From positions 56,600 through 120,599 of the IMG/VR virus record IMGVR_UViG_3300042545_001134: 64,000 bases of DNA; one strand, given 5' to 3'. The DNA is from a virus. Each line of letters starts with the position of its first letter. Position 1 is the stretch's first letter. Both the position numbers and the translations under genes were made by a program. Positions 35,709 to 46,072 of the stretch are shown here, in pieces. The notes beneath the pieces are model-generated. The model searched no databases. It had not been told where the DNA came from and worked only from the letters and a program-made list of their open reading frames with translations.

Positions 35709-36053
35709 TTATCTTTTATTGATGATGTCTCGTACTTTTTTACCGAGTTCCATATCATTTGGAGTATCATTGATTACACTTTTTGGGACACATATAACAT
35801 CCTCATCGATTTGACGTTCAAAACAAGTGAGACATAATTGTCCCATTCCTTCCAAATAACCCATTCTGTGGTCGATGTGTGTTTCGAACTCATATAGGGT
35901 TTCTTTCCCACATGTAACGCATAATTCTTTTGCCATAGTTATTTTTTTAATAAGATATACTTTTTTTTGTAAAAAAAAAATATTATGATAAAGGTTTAAT
36001 TTTAGGACTTGACCCACTATTGTATCCACTAACAACCTGTGCAACCAAATCAC
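35709..36053 (-). CDS. Small zinc-ribbon protein. The true start is probably Met40 (MAKELCVTCGKE) near 35936.
   Basis: CVTCGKE..CLTCFERQ is a CxxC..CxxC pattern. The N-terminal 39 codons overlap the upstream gene. Confidence 0.4.
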   Translation of the reverse strand: MIWLHRLLVDTIVGQVLKLNLYHNIFFLQKKVYLIKKITMAKELCVTCGKETLYEFETHIDHRMGYLEGMGQLCLTCFERQIDEDVICVPKSVINDTPNDMELGKKVRDIINKR

Positions 36054-37296
36054 CTGTACCCCAAGTCTTTAAAGATTCACATTTGGCGATTTTATCCGCA
36101 CCGATATCATTCTTTAAACCGTTAACAATACAACTGTATGTTGTTTTTCTAAGTGTTTTAAGGGTGGCAATCATACCATCCTCAATCGTTTCATAACTTT
36201 TAACACCATGACTATTAACTGAGACAGAACCCGGTAAATCCCAAGTAGTGTTAAATGGATTAAACGTACCACCACTTCCCTCCGCCTGTCTCCAAGCATA
36301 AAGGAATTTAAGGTTCTCTTCACTTACAGGTGCGCCAAGATTTTCAAGTAGTTTTGCGTAGAATGAACTATCGGTAACACCACCTGCCAATACTGTTGGG
36401 TCAAGATATTGTTTAATATCATTGTCCTCAATGTTCTTTGCTTTAAGTAATTCAATTAGTTTGGTTAACATTTCAGGGGTTGCCTTTGTCATCGATGCAC
36501 TTGGTGAACCACCTGATGGTCCTCCAACCGCCTTACCCGCACCATATTGTAAGTGAAAGTGTGGTCCTGTTGCGTTTTTCGATGGGTTAGTGTACTCATC
36601 AATATATGAGAACTTACCGTCTTTAGATTTGTATTTGTTTAATACATTCATGAACGCCTTCGCGTTTTCTGAATTATATGGTTTCAATACAAGGTCAACC
36701 GCTTGACCCATTGTATGTCTACTTTTAGTACCTTTATGGAAATTATCATTACCCGCGGTAACAACAACCTTTACCTTAGGTTTAACCTCGGCATAATCTT
36801 TTAATACGTCACTTACAATACCACTAATTTCATCTGTAATCTGTCCACCACTGGTAAGTTCATTACCTTTCTCATCGTGACCCAAGTCATCCAATGTACT
36901 TCTTAGTTCGGACGCACTTTCATTAAGTTTCTCGACATTCTCAGATGTGAATTTACTAACGGCAGATGCGGTCTCGGGACCAAACAAACCGTCGACACCA
37001 TATTTTGGTAAAGTGTAACCGAGTAATGTTAAACCGATTTGCATAGATTCAACTTCCTTTTGAAATCCCATTGAACCTTTTTGTTGTTGACTTAATCCAC
37101 CCTTACCAACAGCATCCTCTAATGTAATGTATAGTTGTTCAACGTCTTTAGAAACTAAATCCGCTTTCTTTGGGTCGTCTTTCTTCTTTAAACCTACTTT
37201 TGACAAAATATTATCCAAGAAACCTTCGGTCATAACCTCCTTACCGTAAGTTATTTCGTGGATTCTTTCTAATTCTTCTTGGAGTGTCTTCTTCAT
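35983..37296 (-). CDS. Peptidase M15 (VanY/D-Ala-D-Ala carboxypeptidase-like) with peptidoglycan-binding domain
   Basis: PG_binding_1-like LLGYTLPKYGVDGLFGPETASAVSKF. M15 SRHTMGQAVDL (H..D zinc ligands). Confidence 0.6.
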   Translation of the reverse strand: MKKTLQEELERIHEITYGKEVMTEGFLDNILSKVGLKKKDDPKKADLVSKDVEQLYITLEDAVGKGGLSQQQKGSMGFQKEVESMQIGLTLLGYTLPKYGVDGLFGPETASAVSKFTSENVEKLNESASELRSTLDDLGHDEKGNELTSGGQITDEISGIVSDVLKDYAEVKPKVKVVVTAGNDNFHKGTKSRHTMGQAVDLVLKPYNSENAKAFMNVLNKYKSKDGKFSYIDEYTNPSKNATGPHFHLQYGAGKAVGGPSGGSPSASMTKATPEMLTKLIELLKAKNIEDNDIKQYLDPTVLAGGVTDSSFYAKLLENLGAPVSEENLKFLYAWRQAEGSGGTFNPFNTTWDLPGSVSVNSHGVKSYETIEDGMIATLKTLRKTTYSCIVNGLKNDIGADKIAKCESLKTWGTGDLVAQVVSGYNSGSSPKIKPLS

Positions 37297-37337
37297 GTCT
37301 TAATAAATATATCTAATAAATAGTATAAAACTCCCTT

Positions 37338-37907
37338 TTAGAGTGTCAAAAACTTAATAACCTTCTCCTTTACTCCCGATTGTTTGATGCCTTCATTTCC
37401 TTTTGGTGTTAAAACAAAATTATCTAACCCCCAAGTTTTCCATTCTTCATCATTACCCATGTTTAAATCGTCAATAGAAACCCAATGGGTTATCTCAGGA
37501 TGGTCATGTAGGTATTGTTTAATTTCGATAACCCTACACATCTCCGAGTCCCATTGAGTTGACCATACCCATGTCTTATCATTATACCAAGTACACTCAG
37601 ATAAATCAGGAGTAAACGCAATTGGTTTCTTAATGATTCCTTTGGATTCATAATACTCTCCCATCTCTTCAACATTCGCCCATCGTTTCCAATCTGATGA
37701 GACAACAATCTCAGCGCCTGTTTCTTCTAAGATTTCGTTAAGGATGGTAATCGCCTTTTTGTTAAAGTTGTCGAATCGAGCATCGACCGGTAAAGACAGA
37801 ACGGATTGTGACAGTTTACGTCCAACCTTGGTTTGTTTTTTGAAACGACCGCCCCACTCTGTGGATAAACAGATTACTCCGTCATGGTCTAAAAATATTA
37901 CTTTCAT
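37338..37907 (-). CDS. HAD-superfamily hydrolase-like protein
   Basis: N-terminus MKVIFLDHDGVI has the DxDGV motif. Confidence 0.4.
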   Translation of the reverse strand: MKVIFLDHDGVICLSTEWGGRFKKQTKVGRKLSQSVLSLPVDARFDNFNKKAITILNEILEETGAEIVVSSDWKRWANVEEMGEYYESKGIIKKPIAFTPDLSECTWYNDKTWVWSTQWDSEMCRVIEIKQYLHDHPEITHWVSIDDLNMGNDEEWKTWGLDNFVLTPKGNEGIKQSGVKEKVIKFLTL

Positions 37908-37988
37908 TCTTTTGGTTTAGTGAGACACTCCAAACATATACTTTGCGCAGGTAATAGAATTGGTATTGGGTTACCACATACCTTACAG

Positions 37989-38681
37989 TTATTTATTGAT
38001 TCCATTGTATTTCTTAAATACTTTTACGAACTCAGGTGAATACTTTTTATAAACTATTTCACTCCATTTGGCGTACTTACCAGTTGACATGAATGCCTGA
38101 ATCTCATCATCTATTATTTTCTTATCGTTAACGTAACCCGCCTTGATTAGGTGTTTACCCAAACTGATATATTCGGTCTTCCTGATTTGACTTATCAAAT
38201 AATCCATCTCAACCTTATACTTCAAATCGGTGTAATATAACCCATGGGCCATCTCGTGGTTCATGGTACCTGATTTGATTTTATCTGCACCAATTATGTA
38301 CCACGGTTGGTGCTCTTCACCCTTTCCTTTGGTGTCGTTTTCACAGAAAGAAATAATCTTACCCATGATATTGTCATATTCATTTGGGTAATGTGATTTA
38401 AATTTTTTGTGAGACTCCAAAAGAATGTTTGATGGAATGTTATATCCAACCCAATCGTGTGGGTAACTAAAGTAAGTTGATTTATTACCCTTAGTGTATG
38501 TTCTCATGTAAGATTCAAGACTGAACACATTACCCCTCACTTCAGGGTATGGTGACTCATAATACTCTTGGTATCTACAGAATAACATTGCACGGTCGTA
38601 GTCATCCTTTATTATGACGGCATAGATGTGCGGTTTAATTTCATTTACTTCACCAACCACTAGTGGATGTACTATTTCCAT
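37989..38681 (-). CDS. Hypothetical protein with HExxH motif (possible zinc metallopeptidase)
   Basis: TMNHEMAHGLYY. Confidence 0.35.
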   Translation of the reverse strand: MEIVHPLVVGEVNEIKPHIYAVIIKDDYDRAMLFCRYQEYYESPYPEVRGNVFSLESYMRTYTKGNKSTYFSYPHDWVGYNIPSNILLESHKKFKSHYPNEYDNIMGKIISFCENDTKGKGEEHQPWYIIGADKIKSGTMNHEMAHGLYYTDLKYKVEMDYLISQIRKTEYISLGKHLIKAGYVNDKKIIDDEIQAFMSTGKYAKWSEIVYKKYSPEFVKVFKKYNGINK

Positions 38682-38683
38682 AA

Positions 38684-38878
38684 TTAAAATTTTCCTTCAG
38701 TGTGTGAATTGTTATCCCATTCGTCCTCATCTTCACCAAAAAGGTCCATCCCTTTATAATTGGGGTGGTTTGTTTTCATATAATCAATACCTTCAACCCA
38801 TCTCCACGCAACAATCGTTATTGTTATAACAATTAACACAACATATCCTATAAATCCCATATCCTTAATTATTGTCAA
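38684..38878 (-). CDS. Small membrane protein (64 aa)
   Basis: One TM helix. Confidence 0.35.
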   Translation of the reverse strand: MTIIKDMGFIGYVVLIVITITIVAWRWVEGIDYMKTNHPNYKGMDLFGEDEDEWDNNSHTEGKF

Positions 38879-39047
38879 TTCTCATTTTGGTCCTCTTTTT
38901 TTACAATGACTTTACCCTTTTTGTTTATAATATTACCATCTTTATCTAAAATGTTTCCGTTATCATCCATTATGGGTGCCGTTACCATTTGGTAACACAT
39001 AAACACCATTGATAGAAACATTAGTGATAGGATAGTGTATATTATTG

Positions 39048-39440
39048 TCATTGGTTAAAATATTTTGATTTCCAAAATTGGTACCATTTACGTTTTTGAA
39101 TTGGTCGGCACTCTGAGAATGGATTATCACCAAAATTAACCCTACCCAAATACTTTGACGATAATACATTTAAAAATATCTCATGATATCTCTTAGGGAT
39201 TTCATCAAAGTCTGCCGTGATTTCCACTATAAGTTCGATTGGTCCATTATCATATTGCACAACTATTCGTTCATGAAGTTTCACAATGGTGGATGTTTTA
39301 ATATGAATGGTATCTCCACCCAAAATAAAATCTTGTTGATTTGGGTTATCTGGGTCAATGTTTAACATGTCTTCTTTTACTTTTTTAGGGGTTCTCTTTC
39401 TACTCGGTTTCGTGCTCGAGGTATCGTTCGCATTTGTCAT
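39048..39440 (-). CDS. Hypothetical protein (130 aa)
   Basis: ORF-track frame. Confidence 0.4.
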   Translation of the reverse strand: MTNANDTSSTKPSRKRTPKKVKEDMLNIDPDNPNQQDFILGGDTIHIKTSTIVKLHERIVVQYDNGPIELIVEITADFDEIPKRYHEIFLNVLSSKYLGRVNFGDNPFSECRPIQKRKWYQFWKSKYFNQ

Positions 39441-39672
39441 AGGATTCTTTATCTATTTCTTTTAGGTAGTCAAAAGTCAATTCATATCTACCACTTATTG
39501 TTGACTCATTAAACCATTCAGAATAGATACTATCCTTTTCATTGGTAACCTTCTCCAAATCCATTTTAAGGATTTTATTTTCATTATCTACTTTGGTGTA
39601 CTGTAGTGTCAACCAAATAACAAATAACATCAACAACATCAAATATGTCATTGGTTTTTTTAGGTATTTCAT
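39400..39672 (-). CDS. Membrane-anchored hypothetical protein (90 aa)
   Basis: N-terminal TM helix. Confidence 0.4.
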   Translation of the reverse strand: MKYLKKPMTYLMLLMLFVIWLTLQYTKVDNENKILKMDLEKVTNEKDSIYSEWFNESTISGRYELTFDYLKEIDKESYDKCERYLEHETE

Positions 39673-39945
39673 AGTTAAAATTTAAAAAATTTCTTCGGCG
39701 ATACCCAGTATCTCCGCTAAACACAACATGATAGCCGCACCGGTAAAATTCAAGGTAAAAAGACAATAACATGCCCCGATTCTGATACCTGACTTTACAA
39801 TACTAATCCTGAAATGGACATTTGTTTTTGATTCTTTTTCTTGCATAATAAAATGTACTTAATTTTTTTGACATTACAAAATTAGAAGACAAAAATAGTT
39901 AGAATATCCACATATCCAAAATATTTTTAAAGATATTTTGAAAAA

Positions 39946-41355
39946 TTACGAAATAAAGTCAAACTTTTCCTTCCTTAATTGAAGACCCGAATATTCCGAC
40001 ATCTTTTTGTTTAATATTTGTATTGATTTGTTAAACAAAACATCCACTGAGGTATTTGCCTTACCGTATTGTTGACTTAAACACCCCTTCCTGTATTGTA
40101 AATTAATTCTTTTTCTTTTGTGGGTCATGGCAATATAAACATAGAGTAGTCCGTTGGTAAATTGTTTACCCATACAGTTTTTCATTTTATACCCCTCCAA
40201 TGAAAATTCGTCTTCAGTTTTCAATATTGTGACGTTAAATGTTTCCCCGTCAACTACGATATCTTCTTCTATATGTGAAATAAAATCATCAGGTAACGCA
40301 TACCTAATACGATAACCTTTTTTAAAATGGTTCTTATATCCTTCCCACTGTTTCAATAATATTTCAAAACTATTATCATCATTTGCTTTAAACTTTAAAT
40401 CTAAATTATTATTTAATAATGATTCACGAATAGATAGTAATTCGTTTAATGAAAATACTAACGAATCGTTTTGTAATCCATCTTTTTCCCAATTGTTAAA
40501 CAACTTAACCATGAATCGTTTTTCAGATTCATTCTTTAATGTGTGGTACCTTTTGTTTGGAACTGTCACTGTGCAGTAATCAATCCATTTAATTTGTTTG
40601 AGGTAATCAATATAATTCTCACCAAATAAACCACACACATAACTTATCGTTCTGATATTAATGTAATCTTCCGATTTGTTGATTTCACCAATTAAGTATT
40701 TTGATTTGATACCGTATGAATCCAATATTGCTGGCAGATATTTGTAATCGTTTAACTTCAACCATTTTGGTTTTGGATAATCATATTGTATTGAATGGTA
40801 CACATCATCGTGTGCTCTGATTTTTTTTCTATCTAAATGAAAGTCAACAAGTAAATCGAACAGAGGATTGATGTGTGGTTTATGTTCATATAGTTTTGTT
40901 TTATAGTATTCGGATTGAAGTATTGGGACAATCTTACTCAACAATATTTTCATAATTGAGTCGCACGCTCTTGTGTATTTTACACCCCAGTAGTTTTGTC
41001 TTTTTTCACCTTTAAAAAACCCTGATTCGGTAAAATCAAAAAGTGTACTAAAGTTATTTGTTTGTCTTTTGATTCTACCTTTGGTTGTACGATTATCATC
41101 GATACCGTCGTTTGATAATTGGTAATTTGTTGTAACATTACCATTCTTTAGATTAATAGTTAAACCGTGGCTAACAACCATCTTTCTACGGGTACCGTAC
41201 CTATTATAATCAAATGAAAATTCGGCAATGTATTGAATTAAGTTATCGTATTGATATAACATTAATTGACAGTTAGAGGTTAAACCTCCTTGTTTGTCGA
41301 TTACTCCCCTTTCTTTTTTATTTTGACTATGATTAAACAATAAGTCCATATACAA
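39946..41355 (-). CDS. Large hypothetical protein, paralogue family B (469 aa)
   Basis: LDSYGIKSKYLIGE..VCGLFGENYIDYLKQIK aligns with LDSYGILSKLTNK..FCGFFGNEYTKHIGNLK of 41388-43259. Confidence 0.5.
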   Translation of the reverse strand: MYMDLLFNHSQNKKERGVIDKQGGLTSNCQLMLYQYDNLIQYIAEFSFDYNRYGTRRKMVVSHGLTINLKNGNVTTNYQLSNDGIDDNRTTKGRIKRQTNNFSTLFDFTESGFFKGEKRQNYWGVKYTRACDSIMKILLSKIVPILQSEYYKTKLYEHKPHINPLFDLLVDFHLDRKKIRAHDDVYHSIQYDYPKPKWLKLNDYKYLPAILDSYGIKSKYLIGEINKSEDYINIRTISYVCGLFGENYIDYLKQIKWIDYCTVTVPNKRYHTLKNESEKRFMVKLFNNWEKDGLQNDSLVFSLNELLSIRESLLNNNLDLKFKANDDNSFEILLKQWEGYKNHFKKGYRIRYALPDDFISHIEEDIVVDGETFNVTILKTEDEFSLEGYKMKNCMGKQFTNGLLYVYIAMTHKRKRINLQYRKGCLSQQYGKANTSVDVLFNKSIQILNKKMSEYSGLQLRKEKFDFIS

Positions 41356-41387
41356 AATATATACGGACTTTTTGGAATTATGTAGTC

Positions 41388-43259
41388 TTAAAATCCAAAC
41401 AAATGATGGTTGGGTAAGTTTAAACCATTTCCTCCCTGTAATTGGGCTATTGGGACTTCTTTACCATTAATCTTTACCCTAACTTTTTTTGTTTCTAAAT
41501 GGGTTAGGAGTCTTTGGTGTGAGAATCGTTTAACTTTCCCTCTCAATAACCTTAATGGTTCTGTAAAGTGTTCAGGTGGTATACGGTTACAGAAATGTCT
41601 TTCTTGAATACATTCACCGGTTTTCTTATCGAACTCACATGTCACCCTATCTTTTTCGTCGTCGGTCCTTAATGAGATAACTATTGATGATTCCTTATTC
41701 GCGTAACTAGCAACGCAGTGATGCATGAATGAACCTTCTTCGGAATACTCCTCATCTCTTTTTAAGATGTGGGGTGTGAATTTTCTTTCAACCAAATCCG
41801 CACCTAACAAATTAAAAGGTTCCTCAACCTTTCTAACCATTCTGTTATCAAAAACATATTCGGTTGACCAACCTTTTCTAATCGTGGCAATCATCTTTGA
41901 TAACTCAATATGTTCAGTATGGAAGTCATCATAGTTTGTTGCCCTCATTCTAAAGTTTGGGTCAAACTCTCTAATCTGAGTTATCATATCCAAGTGGTCA
42001 ACAAATAAACTATAGATACCACTCACTGAACGTAATGGGTCACTAACTGATTTGGTATCAACCAGTGAATTGGTGATTTTAATTATATTCTCCTTCTCAC
42101 TATCTTCAAGGTTAAATCTTCGATAGTTCTTTCTTTCTTTGATTGGTTCGGCACTGTATGGTTGTGAGGTTATTGACTTGAAGTAATCGTACGCTCGGGG
42201 TTTTAAATTACCGATGTGTTTTGTATATTCATTACCAAAAAATCCACAGAACAATGCCAAATGTTTAATGTCAATATCCACATGGGTATGTAACATTTTG
42301 TTTGTTAGTTTAGATAATATTCCGTAACTATCTAACGACGATTGTATTAATTTCCTACCATTCTTCTTGAGGTATACTTCGCCCGGATAGTACATGGTTA
42401 TCAATTTATGGTAATCATTGGGCGTTTTAATTTTCTTATGTTTAACAAGAAAGTCTATAAATCTAAGACGTAATTTTAATTTATCCTCATTATCAATCAA
42501 CGTAATTGGGGTGTCGTTGTGTTGACCAATCTCAATTAATAATCTATCCAAAAAGACATCATCATCCATTTCTTTTTTAAACTCATTAAAAACGGGAGAA
42601 TTTTTACTTACATTGTTAGTTATTTTAAAAAAACCATTTGAACCAATTAGGTTTTCAATTACACCAAAAGAATTTCTTCTAAACCTATTTGTTTTAACAC
42701 CTTTATTTCTTCTATTAGATTCCCCAACATTTATATCCCCATTATTTAAATTAAAGGATATGACTTCACTATTCGTTCTAATCTTAAAATATTTAGAGTT
42801 AAGGTCCCTTGACCTTGTTCTTTTGTATGTGCGAGCAATGACTTTACCATCAACCAATTTAATGGTCCTTTCTGTTGTGACAATTAAAATACGAGCAAAA
42901 GGATTTACATAATGTTTTTTTATGTGTCTATCTTTAGTGGTGAAAAACTCCCCATCTATTCCACCTGAAAATGTGTTTTTAAATGCCAATTCAAATGGTA
43001 TCTTCAATGACTTTTCATCACCCAAATCCTCGTTAGTATAATAATATTTGGTTTTGGCCCCTTTTTCGTGTTTAAATAATGGGATGGTAAGATATTTTGG
43101 GGATAATGACATTGGGAGTTTAAAAACATCAAAAAAAACATTATCAAGTTCAGTGGGGATTACGAGTTTTTTAATTGGGTCACCTTGATGTGGGAACTTA
43201 CAATAGTTCTTAACCACAGTTATAATAGCATAAGTTATCGATTGTCTTAAAATTTCCAT
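41388..43259 (-). CDS. Large hypothetical protein, paralogue family B (623 aa)
   Basis: See 39946-41355. Confidence 0.5.
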   Translation of the reverse strand: MEILRQSITYAIITVVKNYCKFPHQGDPIKKLVIPTELDNVFFDVFKLPMSLSPKYLTIPLFKHEKGAKTKYYYTNEDLGDEKSLKIPFELAFKNTFSGGIDGEFFTTKDRHIKKHYVNPFARILIVTTERTIKLVDGKVIARTYKRTRSRDLNSKYFKIRTNSEVISFNLNNGDINVGESNRRNKGVKTNRFRRNSFGVIENLIGSNGFFKITNNVSKNSPVFNEFKKEMDDDVFLDRLLIEIGQHNDTPITLIDNEDKLKLRLRFIDFLVKHKKIKTPNDYHKLITMYYPGEVYLKKNGRKLIQSSLDSYGILSKLTNKMLHTHVDIDIKHLALFCGFFGNEYTKHIGNLKPRAYDYFKSITSQPYSAEPIKERKNYRRFNLEDSEKENIIKITNSLVDTKSVSDPLRSVSGIYSLFVDHLDMITQIREFDPNFRMRATNYDDFHTEHIELSKMIATIRKGWSTEYVFDNRMVRKVEEPFNLLGADLVERKFTPHILKRDEEYSEEGSFMHHCVASYANKESSIVISLRTDDEKDRVTCEFDKKTGECIQERHFCNRIPPEHFTEPLRLLRGKVKRFSHQRLLTHLETKKVRVKINGKEVPIAQLQGGNGLNLPNHHLFGF

Positions 43260-43458
43260 ATCATCACAATTTCTACAAAGATAGTATTTTTTTGGATATA
43301 CAATATTTATTTGAAAAATATTAACATGGCAAAATCATCAAAAAGTAGTTCAAACTCTGTAAAGGTTAATTTTGGTAAAAAAACTTCGGGTAAATCGAAA
43401 AAAAATATCAACAAACATACCAGTAAAGTGAAGAAATACAGAGGTCAGGGTCGCTGAA

Positions 43459-43758
43459 TTACTCTCTTTTTGGAACATAAAGCGTGTAAAACGCAGTAAT
43501 CTCCTCATTGGGGACTATGTCTTTAATTGCCCTAATCATTATAAATCTACCTTCTTCATACACCTCACAATTGGGTGTTTCCGAATGATTAAAGAACCCA
43601 CCAAGTGGTGTTCTACTATACCCATTTTCAAACTCATCATCTCTAATGTGGGTGATTCCAAACACATGATGTTTGAGAATGTTTTCTGTTGCGAATAGAC
43701 CTAATCCGTCTATATCACTGTTTCTAATTGTTACGTTTTTTGGTAATGGTCTGTACAT
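43459..43758 (-). CDS. SET-domain protein (minimal, ~99 aa)
   Basis: FFNHSETPNCEV matches the NHSCxPNC motif. EEITAFY matches the ELTFDY-like post-SET region. Confidence 0.6.
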   Translation of the reverse strand: MYRPLPKNVTIRNSDIDGLGLFATENILKHHVFGITHIRDDEFENGYSRTPLGGFFNHSETPNCEVYEEGRFIMIRAIKDIVPNEEITAFYTLYVPKRE

Positions 43759-44087
43759 TAACTTATCATCTGTAGTAGGATATAAGATAGTTTATAACCG
43801 GCAAATGCACCGAGAGCGGATGGTATTGGAAATACAATCATTTTACCCAAATCGGTCACATACTTTGGTCTGTTAACAATTGTACCCATAAAGTAATAGT
43901 ATATGATATAACCAAACAAAACCGCAATGTCGGTTCGTGTTGAAATGAATACTACTAAAGTTGCCCCAATGAATCCAAAGGTGAAGTTATCACGGATACC
44001 TTCCCAAATTTCATGTGTGGTTGCGCTCTTATATTCCTTTATTATTTTATTTAATTTAATTCCACCCTTCTTAATGCTACTCTCCAT
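43758..44087 (-). CDS. Membrane protein (109 aa)
   Basis: Three hydrophobic helices. Confidence 0.45.
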   Translation of the reverse strand: MESSIKKGGIKLNKIIKEYKSATTHEIWEGIRDNFTFGFIGATLVVFISTRTDIAVLFGYIIYYYFMGTIVNRPKYVTDLGKMIVFPIPSALGAFAGYKLSYILLQMIS

Positions 44088-44092
44088 TTAAT

Positions 44093-44632
44093 TTAGTCTA
44101 CGTTTATCTTTATCTTTGTTTTTTCTCCGTTTGGTTGTGAATACACCGCATGTTGTGGTGTTAGTTCGTAATTTAAACCTATCATCTTCCTAATGTACTT
44201 ATTACCCGTTCCCGGTTTAAGATATGCCACGGTTAAATGTGGGTGGTAATCAGGATAATCGTTTGTGTGTGGATACCCTCTCAATTCACCATTTGCATCA
44301 TGAAGACTGTCACCCTCAACATCGAACTTTAATACATCATATTGTTTGTTCTTAAACAATGACGGGTTATGTACTTTACATGATGGGTATGTGTGTTTAT
44401 TCAATACATTTTTTACATCATCAATGGATACACCATCGTGTAAACCATATAGTAATGTGGTATGTGGTTCTGTCTCCAATCCGAATGAACCATCTTCTTC
44501 TTCGGTGTAAACATCGTTAGGGTCAATCATACCGTGGATGTACTTCATTTCAGGAAATGCGAAGTACAACATTGCACAACCAAATTCGTACTTTGGTTTG
44601 TTTTCTTCATTAATAATATCCATTAGTTTCAT
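44093..44632 (-). CDS. 2H phosphoesterase (LigT/2'-5' RNA ligase-like)
   Basis: Two H-x-T/S-x motifs: HTTLLYGL and HLTVAYL. Confidence 0.55.
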   Translation of the reverse strand: MKLMDIINEENKPKYEFGCAMLYFAFPEMKYIHGMIDPNDVYTEEEDGSFGLETEPHTTLLYGLHDGVSIDDVKNVLNKHTYPSCKVHNPSLFKNKQYDVLKFDVEGDSLHDANGELRGYPHTNDYPDYHPHLTVAYLKPGTGNKYIRKMIGLNYELTPQHAVYSQPNGEKTKIKINVD

Positions 44633-44874
44633 TATCTAGTTTTTGTTATTTGTATCGTTATCCCTGCGGGTCCCGATGACATACTATATGTATTGAATCG
44701 GTTATCATTAAACCAACCATAATCCTTAAAATTAAATAAAATACAATCTCTACCCTCAAACCAAACATGGATTGCGTTTGTTGCATAATCTATTGAAGGT
44801 TGGGATATGTACCCCAATTTCCAAGATTCTCTAAACTCTTCTACAAATTCGTCAGGTGTGATGTGGATAAACAT
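44632..44874 (-). CDS. Small hypothetical protein (80 aa)
   Basis: ORF-track frame. Confidence 0.4.
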   Translation of the reverse strand: MFIHITPDEFVEEFRESWKLGYISQPSIDYATNAIHVWFEGRDCILFNFKDYGWFNDNRFNTYSMSSGPAGITIQITKTR

Positions 44875-45122
44875 TAATCCAAATTAAATAATCCTTTCAG
44901 GTAATCATCATAAGACATTTTCATTACGTGTTCGTATTGGTCTTCGTAACTTACTCTCTGCATGGTTTCCCAAATGTCTTCTGCCGGTTGTTCACCTATT
45001 TTATCTTTAAGGTCTTGGAACTCGGTTGTATTTCCAAAATTCTTATATCCTTGTACAATTGCGTCCACTTTATCGTGTGCTGCAACTTTGAAATCTTCAA
45101 ATGTTAATTGATTGTTTTCCAT
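44874..45122 (-). CDS. Small acidic hypothetical protein (82 aa)
   Basis: ORF-track frame. Confidence 0.4.
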   Translation of the reverse strand: MENNQLTFEDFKVAAHDKVDAIVQGYKNFGNTTEFQDLKDKIGEQPAEDIWETMQRVSYEDQYEHVMKMSYDDYLKGLFNLD

Positions 45123-45130
45123 ATAGATAA

Positions 45131-45418
45131 TTACTCAACTTCGGGCGTTTCTTCCGTACTATTTAATATAATAATTTCCTTATGTTCCTTATCAACTAAC
45201 AACGCAGTTACTGGTTTATCGACCCTATAGAAATGTTCTCCATCGAGTATTCCTTCTTCTCCATTAACCATTGAGTATTCCATAAACTCCTCAGGGAGTT
45301 TGTTAATCCATTCTTTTAATTCTTGTAGTATCATAATTCTAATTTGATAAATGTTTCTTTTTGTGTTGTAATAGATTACCATACCCACCAATTTGTTTGC
45401 TACAAATATCACAAACAA
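45131..45418 (-). CDS. Small hypothetical protein. The likely start is an internal Met near 45334.
   Basis: ORF-track frame. The 5' part overlaps the homing-endonuclease gene. Confidence 0.35.
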   Translation of the reverse strand: MFVIFVANKLVGMVIYYNTKRNIYQIRIMILQELKEWINKLPEEFMEYSMVNGEEGILDGEHFYRVDKPVTALLVDKEHKEIIILNSTEETPEVE

Positions 45419-46001
45419 ATTTTTCTAAAGTTTTACCTTTGTTCCATGTAGGTTTTCCCTTTTTGGTTTCACTTATTTTTTTACTATGTTCTTTTGTTCT
45501 TGGTGGTTTTGGTTTCCTTAATTTTTCTCTATTCTCTTCTTTTTTCATTGGATTATTATCACCTGATAATGCAATACTCATTTTATATCTATACTCATCA
45601 GATTTATGAAATCCATGTGATATTCTTTTTTGTATTGTTTCTTCAGATTGCGTTACCCCAATTTGATACTCTCTTAATTTTTGTTTATGCTCTTCTGTTT
45701 TTGGGTATCTTAACTTTTCTCTAACTTCATCTGATGGATTGAATAACCCCTCACCGCCATCTGTCATATTTGTCAATGTATCTCTACCATATTTTTGAAT
45801 TAAATATTTTTCAGTATCACATGCACCTTCCCATTCAATATCCGATTCAATAATTTCAACATCATATCCATATTTAGCAACAACGTTTTTCCAATGTATG
45901 TTTCTATTTCTATAAGAATAAGCTCTTTCTTCATAAAGGCCAATCCCAACATAAAAAACTTCATTAGTATTTTTCTTTTTGTGTAAATAAACAACTGCCA
46001 T
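45339..46001 (-). mobile_element. GIY-YIG homing endonuclease with NUMOD3 repeats, free-standing next to thyA
   Basis: VVYLHKKKNTNEVFYVGIG is GIY-YIG. Repeated HKQKLREYQ / YRYKMSIALSGDNNP / REKLRKPK / HSKKISETKKGKP are NUMOD3-like. Confidence 0.7.
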
Positions 46002-46072
46002 ATATTATTTCTTTTAGTATAAATATATAAAAGTTGTGAAAAAGGTGCTTTAATTGTTGGTTATTTTTCATA

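Noticed and set aside
45131-45418. Full-length 95-aa ORF overlapping the homing endonuclease by ~80 nt
   Set aside because: The overlap is implausible. An internal Met (MILQELKEW, about 45334) gives a non-overlapping ~67-aa product. The call is kept but flagged.
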